The notes under the pieces: model-generated | Database searches by the model: none | What the model was told of the DNA's origin: nothing | What the model saw: the letters and a program-made list of their open reading frames with translations, nothing else | In this document: positions 38,469-47,141 of the stretch, in pieces | Position numbering within the stretch: the stretch's first letter is position 1 | Layout of the letters: each line of letters opens with the position of its first letter | Position numbers and translations under genes: made by a program | From: Thermodesulfovibrionales bacterium | GTDB lineage: Bacteria > Nitrospirota > Thermodesulfovibrionia > Thermodesulfovibrionales > UBA6898 | NCBI GenBank assembly: GCA_044450345.1 | Contig: JBIOIY010000004.1 | Location: 32,001-96,000, forward strand | Reading direction: 5' to 3' | DNA: 64,000 nt

Positions 38469-41087
38469 TCAATTAGCTGCCTCCTTCACGTAACGACTGT
38501 ATACGTGTCTCTTTTCGTCTTCTTCCGTCTTAAGCGACCCCCTCAGTCTTTCGTCGAGAAGGTTCCGCAGTATTATGGAGTAAAGCGGTCCCTGCGTGAT
38601 GCCGAGTTTCTTCAGGTCCCGGCCCTTCAGAAAAGGCTTTGTCTTTCTCAACTCGACAAGGAACTGAGATATCTCCCTCTTCTTTCGCGTATCTTTCGTT
38701 ATTGCCATCGAAAAAAGTATTATCTCGATGTCTTTCGGCGAAAGGAGATGATAGAGACGAACGGGATCGTTCAAGGGGAGCTTCCCGAGTATTTCCGCGG
38801 ATTCGGCGATGCTCTTCCGGATGATCTCCCTCGTCGCCCGGGGCGGGGCCAGCCTCTGGAGGGCTTCTGTCCTTTTCTCATCGTCGAGGTTGGAGAGGAG
38901 GGCGATCAGATAGAGTACCCCTCTGTCGACTTTCTCGTCCAGAAAGAGGAGGGTGTGCCATGCGAGGGTCTCATACATCGAAGAGAGCGTCGCCTCGAGT
39001 TTTTCGTCGAAGGCCAGGTCCTTGTGTATCACCTTCAGGAGCCCGTAGTCGGAAAGCCTCTTAAGCGTCTTTACAGGGTTCGTCTCGCTGAAGGCGATGA
39101 CAAGTTCGTCGAACAGCCTCGATCCCGAGAGCCGCTCGAACAGGTCCATCTGGATTGCGGACTTTATGAGGTTTTCGGTATGCCTGCTGAGTTTAAACCC
39201 GAACCTCTCGGCGAACCGTACCGCACGGAAGGCGCGTGTCGGGTCCTCGACGTAACTGAGGTTGTGAAGGACCCTGATAGTCTTTTCCCTCAGGTCGCGT
39301 TGTCCCCCGAAGAAATCTATCAGCAGGCCGAAGTCCCTGGCGTTCAGTTTTACCGCGAGTGTGTTGATGGTGAAGTCCCTCCGGTAAAGGTCTTTCTTGA
39401 TCGAAGACATCTCCACCTTGGGAAGCGCAGCGGGCGACTCGTAATATTCGGTCCTCGCTGTGGCTATATCCAGCTTGAGGCTGTTAAGTATGATGTTGGC
39501 TGTGCCGAACCGGTGGTGGGACCTCATCTTCGCCTGTAATCTTTCAGCGAGCTCCCTTGCGAAACGGATACCATCTCCCTCTATAACGAGGTCGATGTCC
39601 AGGTTGGCCTGGCCCAGGAGGAGGTCCCTTACCGACCCCCCGACTAGATAGGCGTTCGCCCCCATCTCTTCAGCCACCTTTCCGGCAAGCACGAGGATCC
39701 GGTATACCTCCTCCGGAAAGCGCTCCCTGAGCCAAGTCGAAAGGTTCCTGCCCGTCGTCGGCCTTTCGTGAATGCCTTCCTTGTCGAGGCGCCTTTTTCT
39801 GAGAAAGTCCTCGTAGATCACCCTCAGGAGGTCCGTTCTCGTAATGGCGCCGATGATATTTCCGTCCTCTATCACAGGCATAAACCTCTGGTTCTGCTCG
39901 ATCATGATCGCCTCGATGTCCCTGATCGGGGTCTCTTTTCCGACCGTGAGCGCATCGGCAGTCGAAAACTCTATGCATCTGTTCTTCTTGAAACCGTGGA
40001 ACAGGGCCTTCTCGACGATCTCCCGCGAGATCAGCCCCGCGTATTTTCCGTCTCTGAGAATGGGGAGCACGTTGACGCCGTATCTCGTCATCATATCCGC
40101 CGCCTCCCTGATGGTGCTGTCCCATTTAATAGTTATTACCGGGCTCGTCATGACGTCTAAGGCGACTTTGCCGTGCTTCACGTGGCTGTCGAGCAGCCTC
40201 CGGACCTTGTCCGCGGCCATTTCGAGCGACGCCTCTTTTATTGTGGCCGACGCTGCGGTAGGGTGACCTCCGCCGCCGAAATCCTTCATGAGTTCTGCAA
40301 CGTCCAGTTCCGGGGCCCTTGACCTCGCAACGAGCAGTATCTTGCCCCCCATCTCGAGAAGGATGATCACGGCGTCGATATCTTCCATCTCCATGACCCT
40401 GTGGGCGAGGTGGGCCGCATCGCCGACGTAAGAGTCCCTCGACGCCTTGGCAATAAGGACCCTCAGCCCTCTTAAGACGGTCTCTGTCGACGATGTAACG
40501 AGCTCGTTCAGGAGGTCGAGTTCCTGCCTGTTCAGGCCCATCTTTATGTAGCTTGAGACGATATTCAGGTTTGCGCCCCTTTTTAGAAGATACGCCGCTG
40601 CGAGGATATCCCTTTCAGTCGTCGAAGGGAAAAGGAGGGAGCCCGTCTCCTCATAGATGCCGAGGGCGAGTACCGTCGCCTCTATCGGCGTAGGGTGGAG
40701 CTTTCCGTCCCTGAGAAGTTCAACGAAGATCGTGGCGGTAGCGCCGACCTCTTCGACCATCTCCTGTTCTCCCCTGATGTCGTTTTCCCCGAAAGGGTGG
40801 TGATCGTAGATATGGACCTTGACATCACTGCGTGAGAGCAGAGCAGCCAGTGGGCCGAGCCTGTCGGCGTGTTTTGCATCCACGACGATGAGGTGGGTGA
40901 CCTGCGCAAGGTCTATGTCCCTGAGACGCCGGATGTCCGCAGGGTGAAACACCTCGAGAAAATCCCTTACCTTGCGTTCCTGAGAGCCGGGGAAGACCAT
41001 TGCCGCGTCGGGATATATCTTCTTCGCCGCCATCATGGAGGCAAGGGCATCGAAGTCGGCGTTTATGTGGGAGGTGATAAGTTTCAC
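38469..41087 (-). CDS. tRNA nucleotidyltransferase with DHH/DHHA1 and CBS domains (A-adding-type architecture)
   Basis: HINADFD, YDHH, GGGGHP; CBS pair; LVGGSVRD...DID, DLYRRDFTIN, EDPTR. Confidence 0.9.
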   Translation of the reverse strand: MKLITSHINADFDALASMMAAKKIYPDAAMVFPGSQERKVRDFLEVFHPADIRRLRDIDLAQVTHLIVVDAKHADRLGPLAALLSRSDVKVHIYDHHPFGENDIRGEQEMVEEVGATATIFVELLRDGKLHPTPIEATVLALGIYEETGSLLFPSTTERDILAAAYLLKRGANLNIVSSYIKMGLNRQELDLLNELVTSSTETVLRGLRVLIAKASRDSYVGDAAHLAHRVMEMEDIDAVIILLEMGGKILLVARSRAPELDVAELMKDFGGGGHPTAASATIKEASLEMAADKVRRLLDSHVKHGKVALDVMTSPVITIKWDSTIREAADMMTRYGVNVLPILRDGKYAGLISREIVEKALFHGFKKNRCIEFSTADALTVGKETPIRDIEAIMIEQNQRFMPVIEDGNIIGAITRTDLLRVIYEDFLRKRRLDKEGIHERPTTGRNLSTWLRERFPEEVYRILVLAGKVAEEMGANAYLVGGSVRDLLLGQANLDIDLVIEGDGIRFARELAERLQAKMRSHHRFGTANIILNSLKLDIATARTEYYESPAALPKVEMSSIKKDLYRRDFTINTLAVKLNARDFGLLIDFFGGQRDLREKTIRVLHNLSYVEDPTRAFRAVRFAERFGFKLSRHTENLIKSAIQMDLFERLSGSRLFDELVIAFSETNPVKTLKRLSDYGLLKVIHKDLAFDEKLEATLSSMYETLAWHTLLFLDEKVDRGVLYLIALLSNLDDEKRTEALQRLAPPRATREIIRKSIAESAEILGKLPLNDPVRLYHLLSPKDIEIILFSMAITKDTRKKREISQFLVELRKTKPFLKGRDLKKLGITQGPLYSIILRNLLDERLRGSLKTEEDEKRHVYSRYVKEAAN

Positions 41088-41118
41088 GGCATCTCCCCGT
41101 ATGTCCCGGACATACAGA

Positions 41119-42516
41119 CTATTCCCCGAAAGTCGCTACCCTGTTTCTGCCCAGGTTTTTTGCATTAAAGAGCGCCTGGTCGGCGCAAGAGATGAGATCA
41201 TCGTGGGTCCCGATCCGGTCGTTGGGAGTTACCGATATGCCGATGCTGACGGTAAGCCCCTCAGTGCTTTTGAGGCTTCTGAACCTATAATTCTCGACTA
41301 TTTCCCTGATCCTCTCAGCCTCTGACAGAGCGCCTTCCAGGGTCGTCTGGGGGAGGAGCAGGATGAACTCCTCTCCGCCGTAGCGGGCCAGCACGTCGCT
41401 CTTGCGCGAATGTTTATTCAGGAGCTGCGCGAATTCCTTGAGGACCGTGTCGCCTGTCCTATGGCCGTACCTGTCGTTGACCTTTTTGAAGTGGTCTATG
41501 TCGAGCATTAGGCAGCTTATGGGTAGCGCATACCTCTGTGAACGACTGAATTCCTCCATGATGCGGTGGTAGAAATATCTGATATTGTAGATGCCCGTCA
41601 GAAAATCCGTCAGGGATAATTTTTCGAGCCTGGATTTTTCGTCCTCGATCTGCTCGTAGAGAAAGGCGTTGTTGAGCGCGTTTGCGGATGTGTTCGCTAT
41701 GGTGTTGAGGAGCCTGATCTCGCTTTTGCTGAAGGCGTGTTCGGCCCTCGATGTCCTGAGGAAGAGCGTCCCTATCACCTTGTCCCTGAAAAATATCGGG
41801 ATGACGAGGATCGAGCGGATGCCGAGCGGCAAGAGGATATGCTTCACGCTTTTCATCAGCGGGTCGGTCCCTATATTTTTTACTATCACAGGCTTTTTTG
41901 ACGTGAGGGACTCGACGATCTCCGGGTATTTTCTGAGGACCAGCTTTATCCCCGACACCTGAGAGTCCTCGAAGCTTGCGACGACGAACGCAGTACGACG
42001 GCTCCAGTCGGCCCTGATTACGGAGCACCGGGTCACCGGCATAATCTCGGCGATCTTAGAGACGATCCTGAACAGGAGTTCTTTCGGATCGAGGGTGGAA
42101 GAGAGGAGTCGGGTGAGGGTCACGACCGTCTCGAGTTCCTTGACCTCCCCGCCGAGGGTCTCGATCATATACCTGTCCGCTATGACCGATTCAAGTTTGT
42201 AGTGAAGGTCTTTTTCGATATACGGCCTGTAGAGGTAACTCCTTACGTTGTGGGCTATAATGTTCTCGATGCCCTTCTTAATATCGCCGGCGACGATCAC
42301 GACGGATGGAAACTTCTTCGTCTTGGCAGCGACCGAATTAAGGAGGGACCCCTCGACTATGAGCACTGCCGGAGGGCTCTTGAGGACGTGGTCCAGAAAG
42401 GCGTCAGGTTCTTCGAAATAACCCGGCCTGTATGTCCTGTATTTCCCGAAATAAGCCTTCAGGAAAGTAAGGACGGCGTTGCTGCGTGCGAGTATCACGG
42501 TCTCTTTGCGTTTCAC
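41119..42516 (-). CDS. GAF-GGDEF diguanylate cyclase with degenerate N-terminal receiver-like domain
   Basis: TDFLTGIYN, DIDHFKKVND, RKSD I-site, RYGGEEF. Confidence 0.92.
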   Translation of the reverse strand: MKRKETVILARSNAVLTFLKAYFGKYRTYRPGYFEEPDAFLDHVLKSPPAVLIVEGSLLNSVAAKTKKFPSVVIVAGDIKKGIENIIAHNVRSYLYRPYIEKDLHYKLESVIADRYMIETLGGEVKELETVVTLTRLLSSTLDPKELLFRIVSKIAEIMPVTRCSVIRADWSRRTAFVVASFEDSQVSGIKLVLRKYPEIVESLTSKKPVIVKNIGTDPLMKSVKHILLPLGIRSILVIPIFFRDKVIGTLFLRTSRAEHAFSKSEIRLLNTIANTSANALNNAFLYEQIEDEKSRLEKLSLTDFLTGIYNIRYFYHRIMEEFSRSQRYALPISCLMLDIDHFKKVNDRYGHRTGDTVLKEFAQLLNKHSRKSDVLARYGGEEFILLLPQTTLEGALSEAERIREIVENYRFRSLKSTEGLTVSIGISVTPNDRIGTHDDLISCADQALFNAKNLGRNRVATFGE

Positions 42517-42687
42517 CCTCTGGCTCTCCCTTTGAGGTATTTAGTTTCTAATATTATTGTTATTTCAGGGCTGAGAGTCAATGATAGAGGCGGAGAACAG
42601 TGTCCCCCTGGTGTTTTATCCGGCCAAAATTTTTTTTCCGGACCCCTATAGTTTGACACCGGTCTGCCTATCTCTTATACTTCAATA

Positions 42688-43104
42688 ATGCTACGGATTG
42701 CAGTGATAGACGGCCAGGGGGGCGGCATAGGAAATCTCGTTGTGAAGAGGCTGAGGGAGGAGTTCAAAGACGCGGTCGAGATAATCGCCCTCGGCACAAA
42801 CGCGGCTGCTACCACGGCGATGATGAAGTCCAGGGCGAATAAGGGCGCCACAGGAGAAAACGCGATCGTCTGGAATTCAGACAGGGTGGATGTGATCGTC
42901 GGCCCCCTCAGCATAGCACTGCCCGATGCGATGCTCGGCGAGGTGACGGCCAGGATGGCTTCAGCCGTAGTGTCTTCGAAGGCAAGGACGATCCTTCTTC
43001 CTTTGAACCAGGAGGAGATCGAGATCGCGGGGGTGAACAAAGAGCCGCTCCCGCATTTGATAGAACACGTTATAGCGAGGATAAAGGAGATCGGACATGT
43101 GTGA
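42688..43104 (+). CDS. DUF3842 family protein
   Basis: IAVIDGQGGGIG, ALGTNA.AT, GATGENA, MLGEVT. Confidence 0.85.
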   Translation: MLRIAVIDGQGGGIGNLVVKRLREEFKDAVEIIALGTNAAATTAMMKSRANKGATGENAIVWNSDRVDVIVGPLSIALPDAMLGEVTARMASAVVSSKARTILLPLNQEEIEIAGVNKEPLPHLIEHVIARIKEIGHV

Positions 43105-43285
43105 GGCCAACGCGTATATTTACAGGGACGGAAGCGAGGAACTCTATCTCGAAAACGTCGACGTTATGAGACCCGAGGAGGGGAAGATCTTCCTTAAAAA
43201 CCTTTTCGGCGAGCAGAAGGTCTTTGAAGGCGAGATAAAAGAGATCTCGCTTCTGCGGCACAGGATAGTGCTCGAGAAAAAATGA
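43097..43285 (+). CDS. cooT: CooT family nickel-binding protein
   Basis: MCEANAY start, NLFGEQK, LLRHRIVL; 62 aa. Confidence 0.85.
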   Translation: MCEANAYIYRDGSEELYLENVDVMRPEEGKIFLKNLFGEQKVFEGEIKEISLLRHRIVLEKK

Positions 43286-43330
43286 TCCGGGGTGCCGTCC
43301 CCAGGCGGGTGACGGTAAAATGGGGGTAAG

Positions 43331-43873
43331 ATGACTGAGCTTATAAAGTGCATTTTTGATAAAATGCCGGCCGGGGTGATGGTCCTTGACAAGCGCCTGC
43401 AGGTCATCTTGACCAACAAATGGGCGGCCCTTTTTGTAAAGCGTTACCCTCTTCCCGATGAAATAAGGGACCTGAGCCGTCGTATTTTTGATGCGATCAA
43501 GTCGTCCCGGCTGAAGGAGTTGTTCCCGGGCGAGGTCTATTTCTATAAAAAAATAGAAGGTTCCGGGAGCAAGTGGACCTTCAAATTAGACGTATGTGAG
43601 TTTTCAGAGCCTTTGGTAAGCGTCTTTATCACTGAAGAGTCTATCTCCAACAAGATCGATCTGCTCAAGGTGAGGCGTCATTTCAAATTGACGCGGAGGG
43701 AGACGGATGTCCTTAGACGAGTGCTAAATGGATTCAAAAACACGGACATCGCCGAGGACCTCGAGATAACGGAGCAGACGGTGAAGGACCACTTAAGCAA
43801 TATCTACATGAAACTCGGGGTTGAAAACAGGTTTGCGCTGGCCCAATTTCTGCTGAATTTCCCGGAATCCTGA
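43331..43873 (+). CDS. LuxR-type HTH regulator with PAS-like N-terminus
   Basis: LTRRETDVL...G.KN.DIA..L.ITEQTVKDHLSNIY.KLGV.NR. Confidence 0.88.
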   Translation: MTELIKCIFDKMPAGVMVLDKRLQVILTNKWAALFVKRYPLPDEIRDLSRRIFDAIKSSRLKELFPGEVYFYKKIEGSGSKWTFKLDVCEFSEPLVSVFITEESISNKIDLLKVRRHFKLTRRETDVLRRVLNGFKNTDIAEDLEITEQTVKDHLSNIYMKLGVENRFALAQFLLNFPES

Positions 43874-43930
43874 AAAAGCGGTTGAGATGAAAAGGACCGG
43901 CATATCGCCGCAAAGGTGCCTAAAACCAAA

Positions 43931-44725
43931 ATGATAGACATCCATTGCCATATCCTCCCTGGCATGGATGACGGCCCCGGGTCCCTCAATGAGGCCCTGG
44001 ATATGTGCTGCACGGCAGTCGCCGACGGCATAAAGACAATAGTCGCCACACCCCATTTCAGGCCCGGGATGTATGAGTTCACGGGCCGCAAGGTCACAGA
44101 TACGGTGAACATCCTTGAGACTGCCGCAAGGGCCGAGGGCCTGGACCTGCGCATACTGCCGGGCGCCGAGGTCGCTGTTTCGCCGGAGACGCCCTCGTAT
44201 CTAAAAAAAGAGCGGTATCTTACCGTGAATAATAACGGGAGATATTTCCTTGCCGAACTTCCGCCGCTGTCCGTCCCTCCCAACTGGGACACGTTTCTGC
44301 TCTCCCTTATCTCTTCAGGTCTTACACCGATACTCGCCCATCCCGAGAGGAACGAGTGGTTTATGAACCATCCCGACGCGCTTGCCTCCGCGGTGGACAG
44401 GGGCCTGTTGGTCCAGATCACGGCGATGAGTATCACGGGCGGCCTGGGCGTCGAGGCAAGGGATTTCAGCGCGTATCTCCTGAGGCATAACCTTGTCCAT
44501 GCGATAGCGTCCGACGCGCACTCCCCGGACTTCAGACGGCCGGTGTTGTCAGAGGCGTACGGCATCGCCGCGGACCTCGTCGGGAGGGAAAGGGCCGGGG
44601 CCCTGGTGAATACCGTCCCTCAGGCGATCATAGAGGGAAGAGACATCCCGGACCTTGGGCCTGCCAAGTATGGGCATCCTGAAAATGCGCAAAAAAGAAC
44701 ATGGTTCACGAGATTATTCAGGTGA
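43931..44725 (+). CDS. CpsB/CapC-type PHP tyrosine-protein phosphatase
   Basis: IDIHCHILPG.DDG, VATPH, ILAHPERN, IASDAH. Confidence 0.92.
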   Translation: MIDIHCHILPGMDDGPGSLNEALDMCCTAVADGIKTIVATPHFRPGMYEFTGRKVTDTVNILETAARAEGLDLRILPGAEVAVSPETPSYLKKERYLTVNNNGRYFLAELPPLSVPPNWDTFLLSLISSGLTPILAHPERNEWFMNHPDALASAVDRGLLVQITAMSITGGLGVEARDFSAYLLRHNLVHAIASDAHSPDFRRPVLSEAYGIAADLVGRERAGALVNTVPQAIIEGRDIPDLGPAKYGHPENAQKRTWFTRLFR

Positions 44726-44733
44726 GGAAACTT

Positions 44734-44901
44734 GAGACGTAAGACGCAAGACGTGAATGGTTATTCCCCTTCGAAAATTTAGGTTTGCGACCGGGTCCGA
44801 GGGTAAAAAATCCGCGAGTGCGGAAAAAGCATGTATATTGTATGTCATTCCCGCTTGTCCGGAATGACGGGGAAAAAAGTAAAACGTGAGACGAAAGACG
44901 A
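44734..44901. repeat. Intergenic composite repeat flanked by heptamer tandem repeats
   Basis: gagacgt-aagacgc-aagacgt (44734-44754); 27-bp inverted match to 37076-37102; gtcattcc..ggaatgac hairpin 44844-44868; aaaacgt-gagacga-aagacga (44881-44901). Confidence 0.65.
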
Positions 44902-45226
44902 TATGAAAGATAAGACTAAATTCCTCGACGCAGCCATAGAAAAAGGCGGCTCATTATTAATTATCTACTTTTTTCTGAGATACTTAAGCCCGGACTAAAG
45001 GACCGACCATCCCCCCCTTTCCCGTCCTTTTCATGCCTGCGGCAGCAGTCGTAGCGGGCCAAAAGAATGATGGCAAAAAAGAAGGAGGGCCGTATAAAAT
45101 AAAGGACAAATACCCGGTAAAGGAACGGCGTTAGACGGAAAAGATTTCGGACAAGCAGGAATGACGGCAAGGGATGCGTAAAATCTTTAATGTGGTACCC
45201 CGTTGTATGATTGAGGAATCAAAGAA

Positions 45227-46735
45227 ATGAGAGCAGCGCGGCGCTTCCAAAAAGGCATTGCGATATGCCTCGTCCTTGTAGCTGTCTTTTCCCTTTCCTC
45301 CTCTTTCGCTTTTGCCGCCCAATCCGGGAAGGTCCCGCTTAGGATCATTATTGTGAAGAGCCCTTCCGAGGCCAAAGACATCCTTTCGAGGCTCAAAAAA
45401 GGCGTGCCCTTCACGAGGCTGGCCGCTGAAAGGTCCCTCGACAAAAGCAGGGGCAGAAGCGGCGACCTGGGTACGGTCGATGTCTCGCGCCTGGAACCAC
45501 CGTTGAGAAAGGAGGTGGCGAAGATGCAGGAGGGCGATACCAGCGGTGCGATAAGACTGAGGAAAAACAAATATGCGATAGTCCAGGTGCTGGACTTCTC
45601 CCATTATAGAAAAGGGGCGGCTGCGTTCAGGGCCGGGGACTTCACATCTGCCGAGACAGACCTCCTCGAGCATCTGAGACAGAACCCCGATGCCGTAAAG
45701 GCGAGGATCATGCTGGGCGAGATCCAGGAACAGAGGAAGGACTTTGAGAAGGCAGAGGCCCACTATAAAGCAGTCCTCTCCTATGACATAAAGAGCTGGA
45801 TCGCCTATGTGCGTCTGGGGAAACTCTATATGCAGAATGCCGAGTATCGGAAGGCCAGGGACATATATGCGCAGGGCCTCAGGTATATTCCGAAGGCAGA
45901 AGGTTTCAGGACAGGCATGAAAGATGCCGAAGCGCGCCTTGCCGGGGCCCCGGCTCCCGAAGCAGCGCCCGCGGCAGCATCGCCGGTTAAAGAAGTGGCG
46001 CCCACGCCCCCTGCCGCGGTCGAGCTCGCGCCGCCGCCTCCATCGAAGGCCGTCGCCGGCCGCACTTCTCCAGGCAGGGGCAAAGACTCCAGGAGCATGC
46101 ATCTAAGGATGGTCGTTTTGGGAAGCGAGTCCGAGGCAGGGGAGGTGCTTTCCGACCTGAAGAAAGGGAAATCTTTTGCGGTGATCGCAAAAGACAGGTC
46201 TATCGACGAAAGGACCAGGGGAGCGTTCGGCTATCTCGGAGAGGTGGATATAGGGACCCTTGATACGGCCATACAGGACGCGGTCCGGAATCTGAAGGTG
46301 GGGCAGGTGAGCGAAATAATAAAACTCGGTGAAGGTCGGTACGCAATCATGCAGTCGGCCGATTTTCATTATTTCAAGGAAGGGGAGAAGGCGTTTATTA
46401 AGGAGGACTTCAAAACAGCGGAAAAGAAGCTGCTGAAGCACCTGGAACTCAACGAGGACGATGCCGGGGCCCATCTCATGCTCGGGGCGGTCTACGAAGA
46501 GAGAAAGGATTATAAAAAGGCCGAGGAGATTTTCGAAAAAGGCATTTCATATCATCCGAAGGTGGTCCTGCTCTATCTGAGATTAGGCAAGCTGTATCAG
46601 GCCCAGAGACAATTCCAGAAGTCGAAGGACGTATTCGTCGAGGGCTTCAGAAACGTGCCGTCTTCGGAGCTGCTTGCAAAGGGCATCGAGATGGTGGACA
46701 TACTCCTTTATAACGAAAGCCAGAAAAAGCGGTGA
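45227..46735 (+). CDS. Exported protein with two (parvulin PPIase + TPR) modules
   Basis: Signal peptide; F..LA.ERS.D....GDLG and F..IAKDRS.D....GYLG, each followed by TPRs. Confidence 0.8.
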   Translation: MRAARRFQKGIAICLVLVAVFSLSSSFAFAAQSGKVPLRIIIVKSPSEAKDILSRLKKGVPFTRLAAERSLDKSRGRSGDLGTVDVSRLEPPLRKEVAKMQEGDTSGAIRLRKNKYAIVQVLDFSHYRKGAAAFRAGDFTSAETDLLEHLRQNPDAVKARIMLGEIQEQRKDFEKAEAHYKAVLSYDIKSWIAYVRLGKLYMQNAEYRKARDIYAQGLRYIPKAEGFRTGMKDAEARLAGAPAPEAAPAAASPVKEVAPTPPAAVELAPPPPSKAVAGRTSPGRGKDSRSMHLRMVVLGSESEAGEVLSDLKKGKSFAVIAKDRSIDERTRGAFGYLGEVDIGTLDTAIQDAVRNLKVGQVSEIIKLGEGRYAIMQSADFHYFKEGEKAFIKEDFKTAEKKLLKHLELNEDDAGAHLMLGAVYEERKDYKKAEEIFEKGISYHPKVVLLYLRLGKLYQAQRQFQKSKDVFVEGFRNVPSSELLAKGIEMVDILLYNESQKKR

Positions 46736-46883
46736 GGCGGACTCGGCCCCTCTGCCGCCCGCCGATCTCATCGAAATGTAACACCTCGTCTTTGTGATCC
46801 TGTCGCGGCCCAAATTGCGCATCGGCCGAAAATAAGTTGCGCGGGGAAGAAAAATTAAGTATTATCGAAGTGGTCATCTCAAA

Positions 46884-46981
46884 GGGAGCGCATCGGGTTC
46901 TGGTGTCCCGCCCGGCCTTCAAAGCCGGTGTTTCCTGCCACAAGCGGGAAGGGTGGGTTCGATTCCCACACGCTCCCGCCA
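46884..46981 (+). tRNA. selC: tRNA-Sec (anticodon TCA)
   Basis: Acceptor GGGAGCG/CGCTCCC + GCCA; TGGT D-loop; ccggc-CTTCAAA-gccgg anticodon arm; long variable arm; gtggg-TTCGATT-cccac T-arm. Confidence 0.93.
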
Positions 46982-47141
46982 AAAAAACTAATTAATTCAA
47001 GCAGTTCTATGGGGAGCGGAAATTTTTTCCTTTAAAATCAACTGTCCCCAGCAAACCTGAGAAATGGTGTCTTCTTTTCTGCCTGAGACCGTACGAAAGA
47101 CTGAAGATTTTATCATGCCTTTTTGATTAAAATTAAAAACC

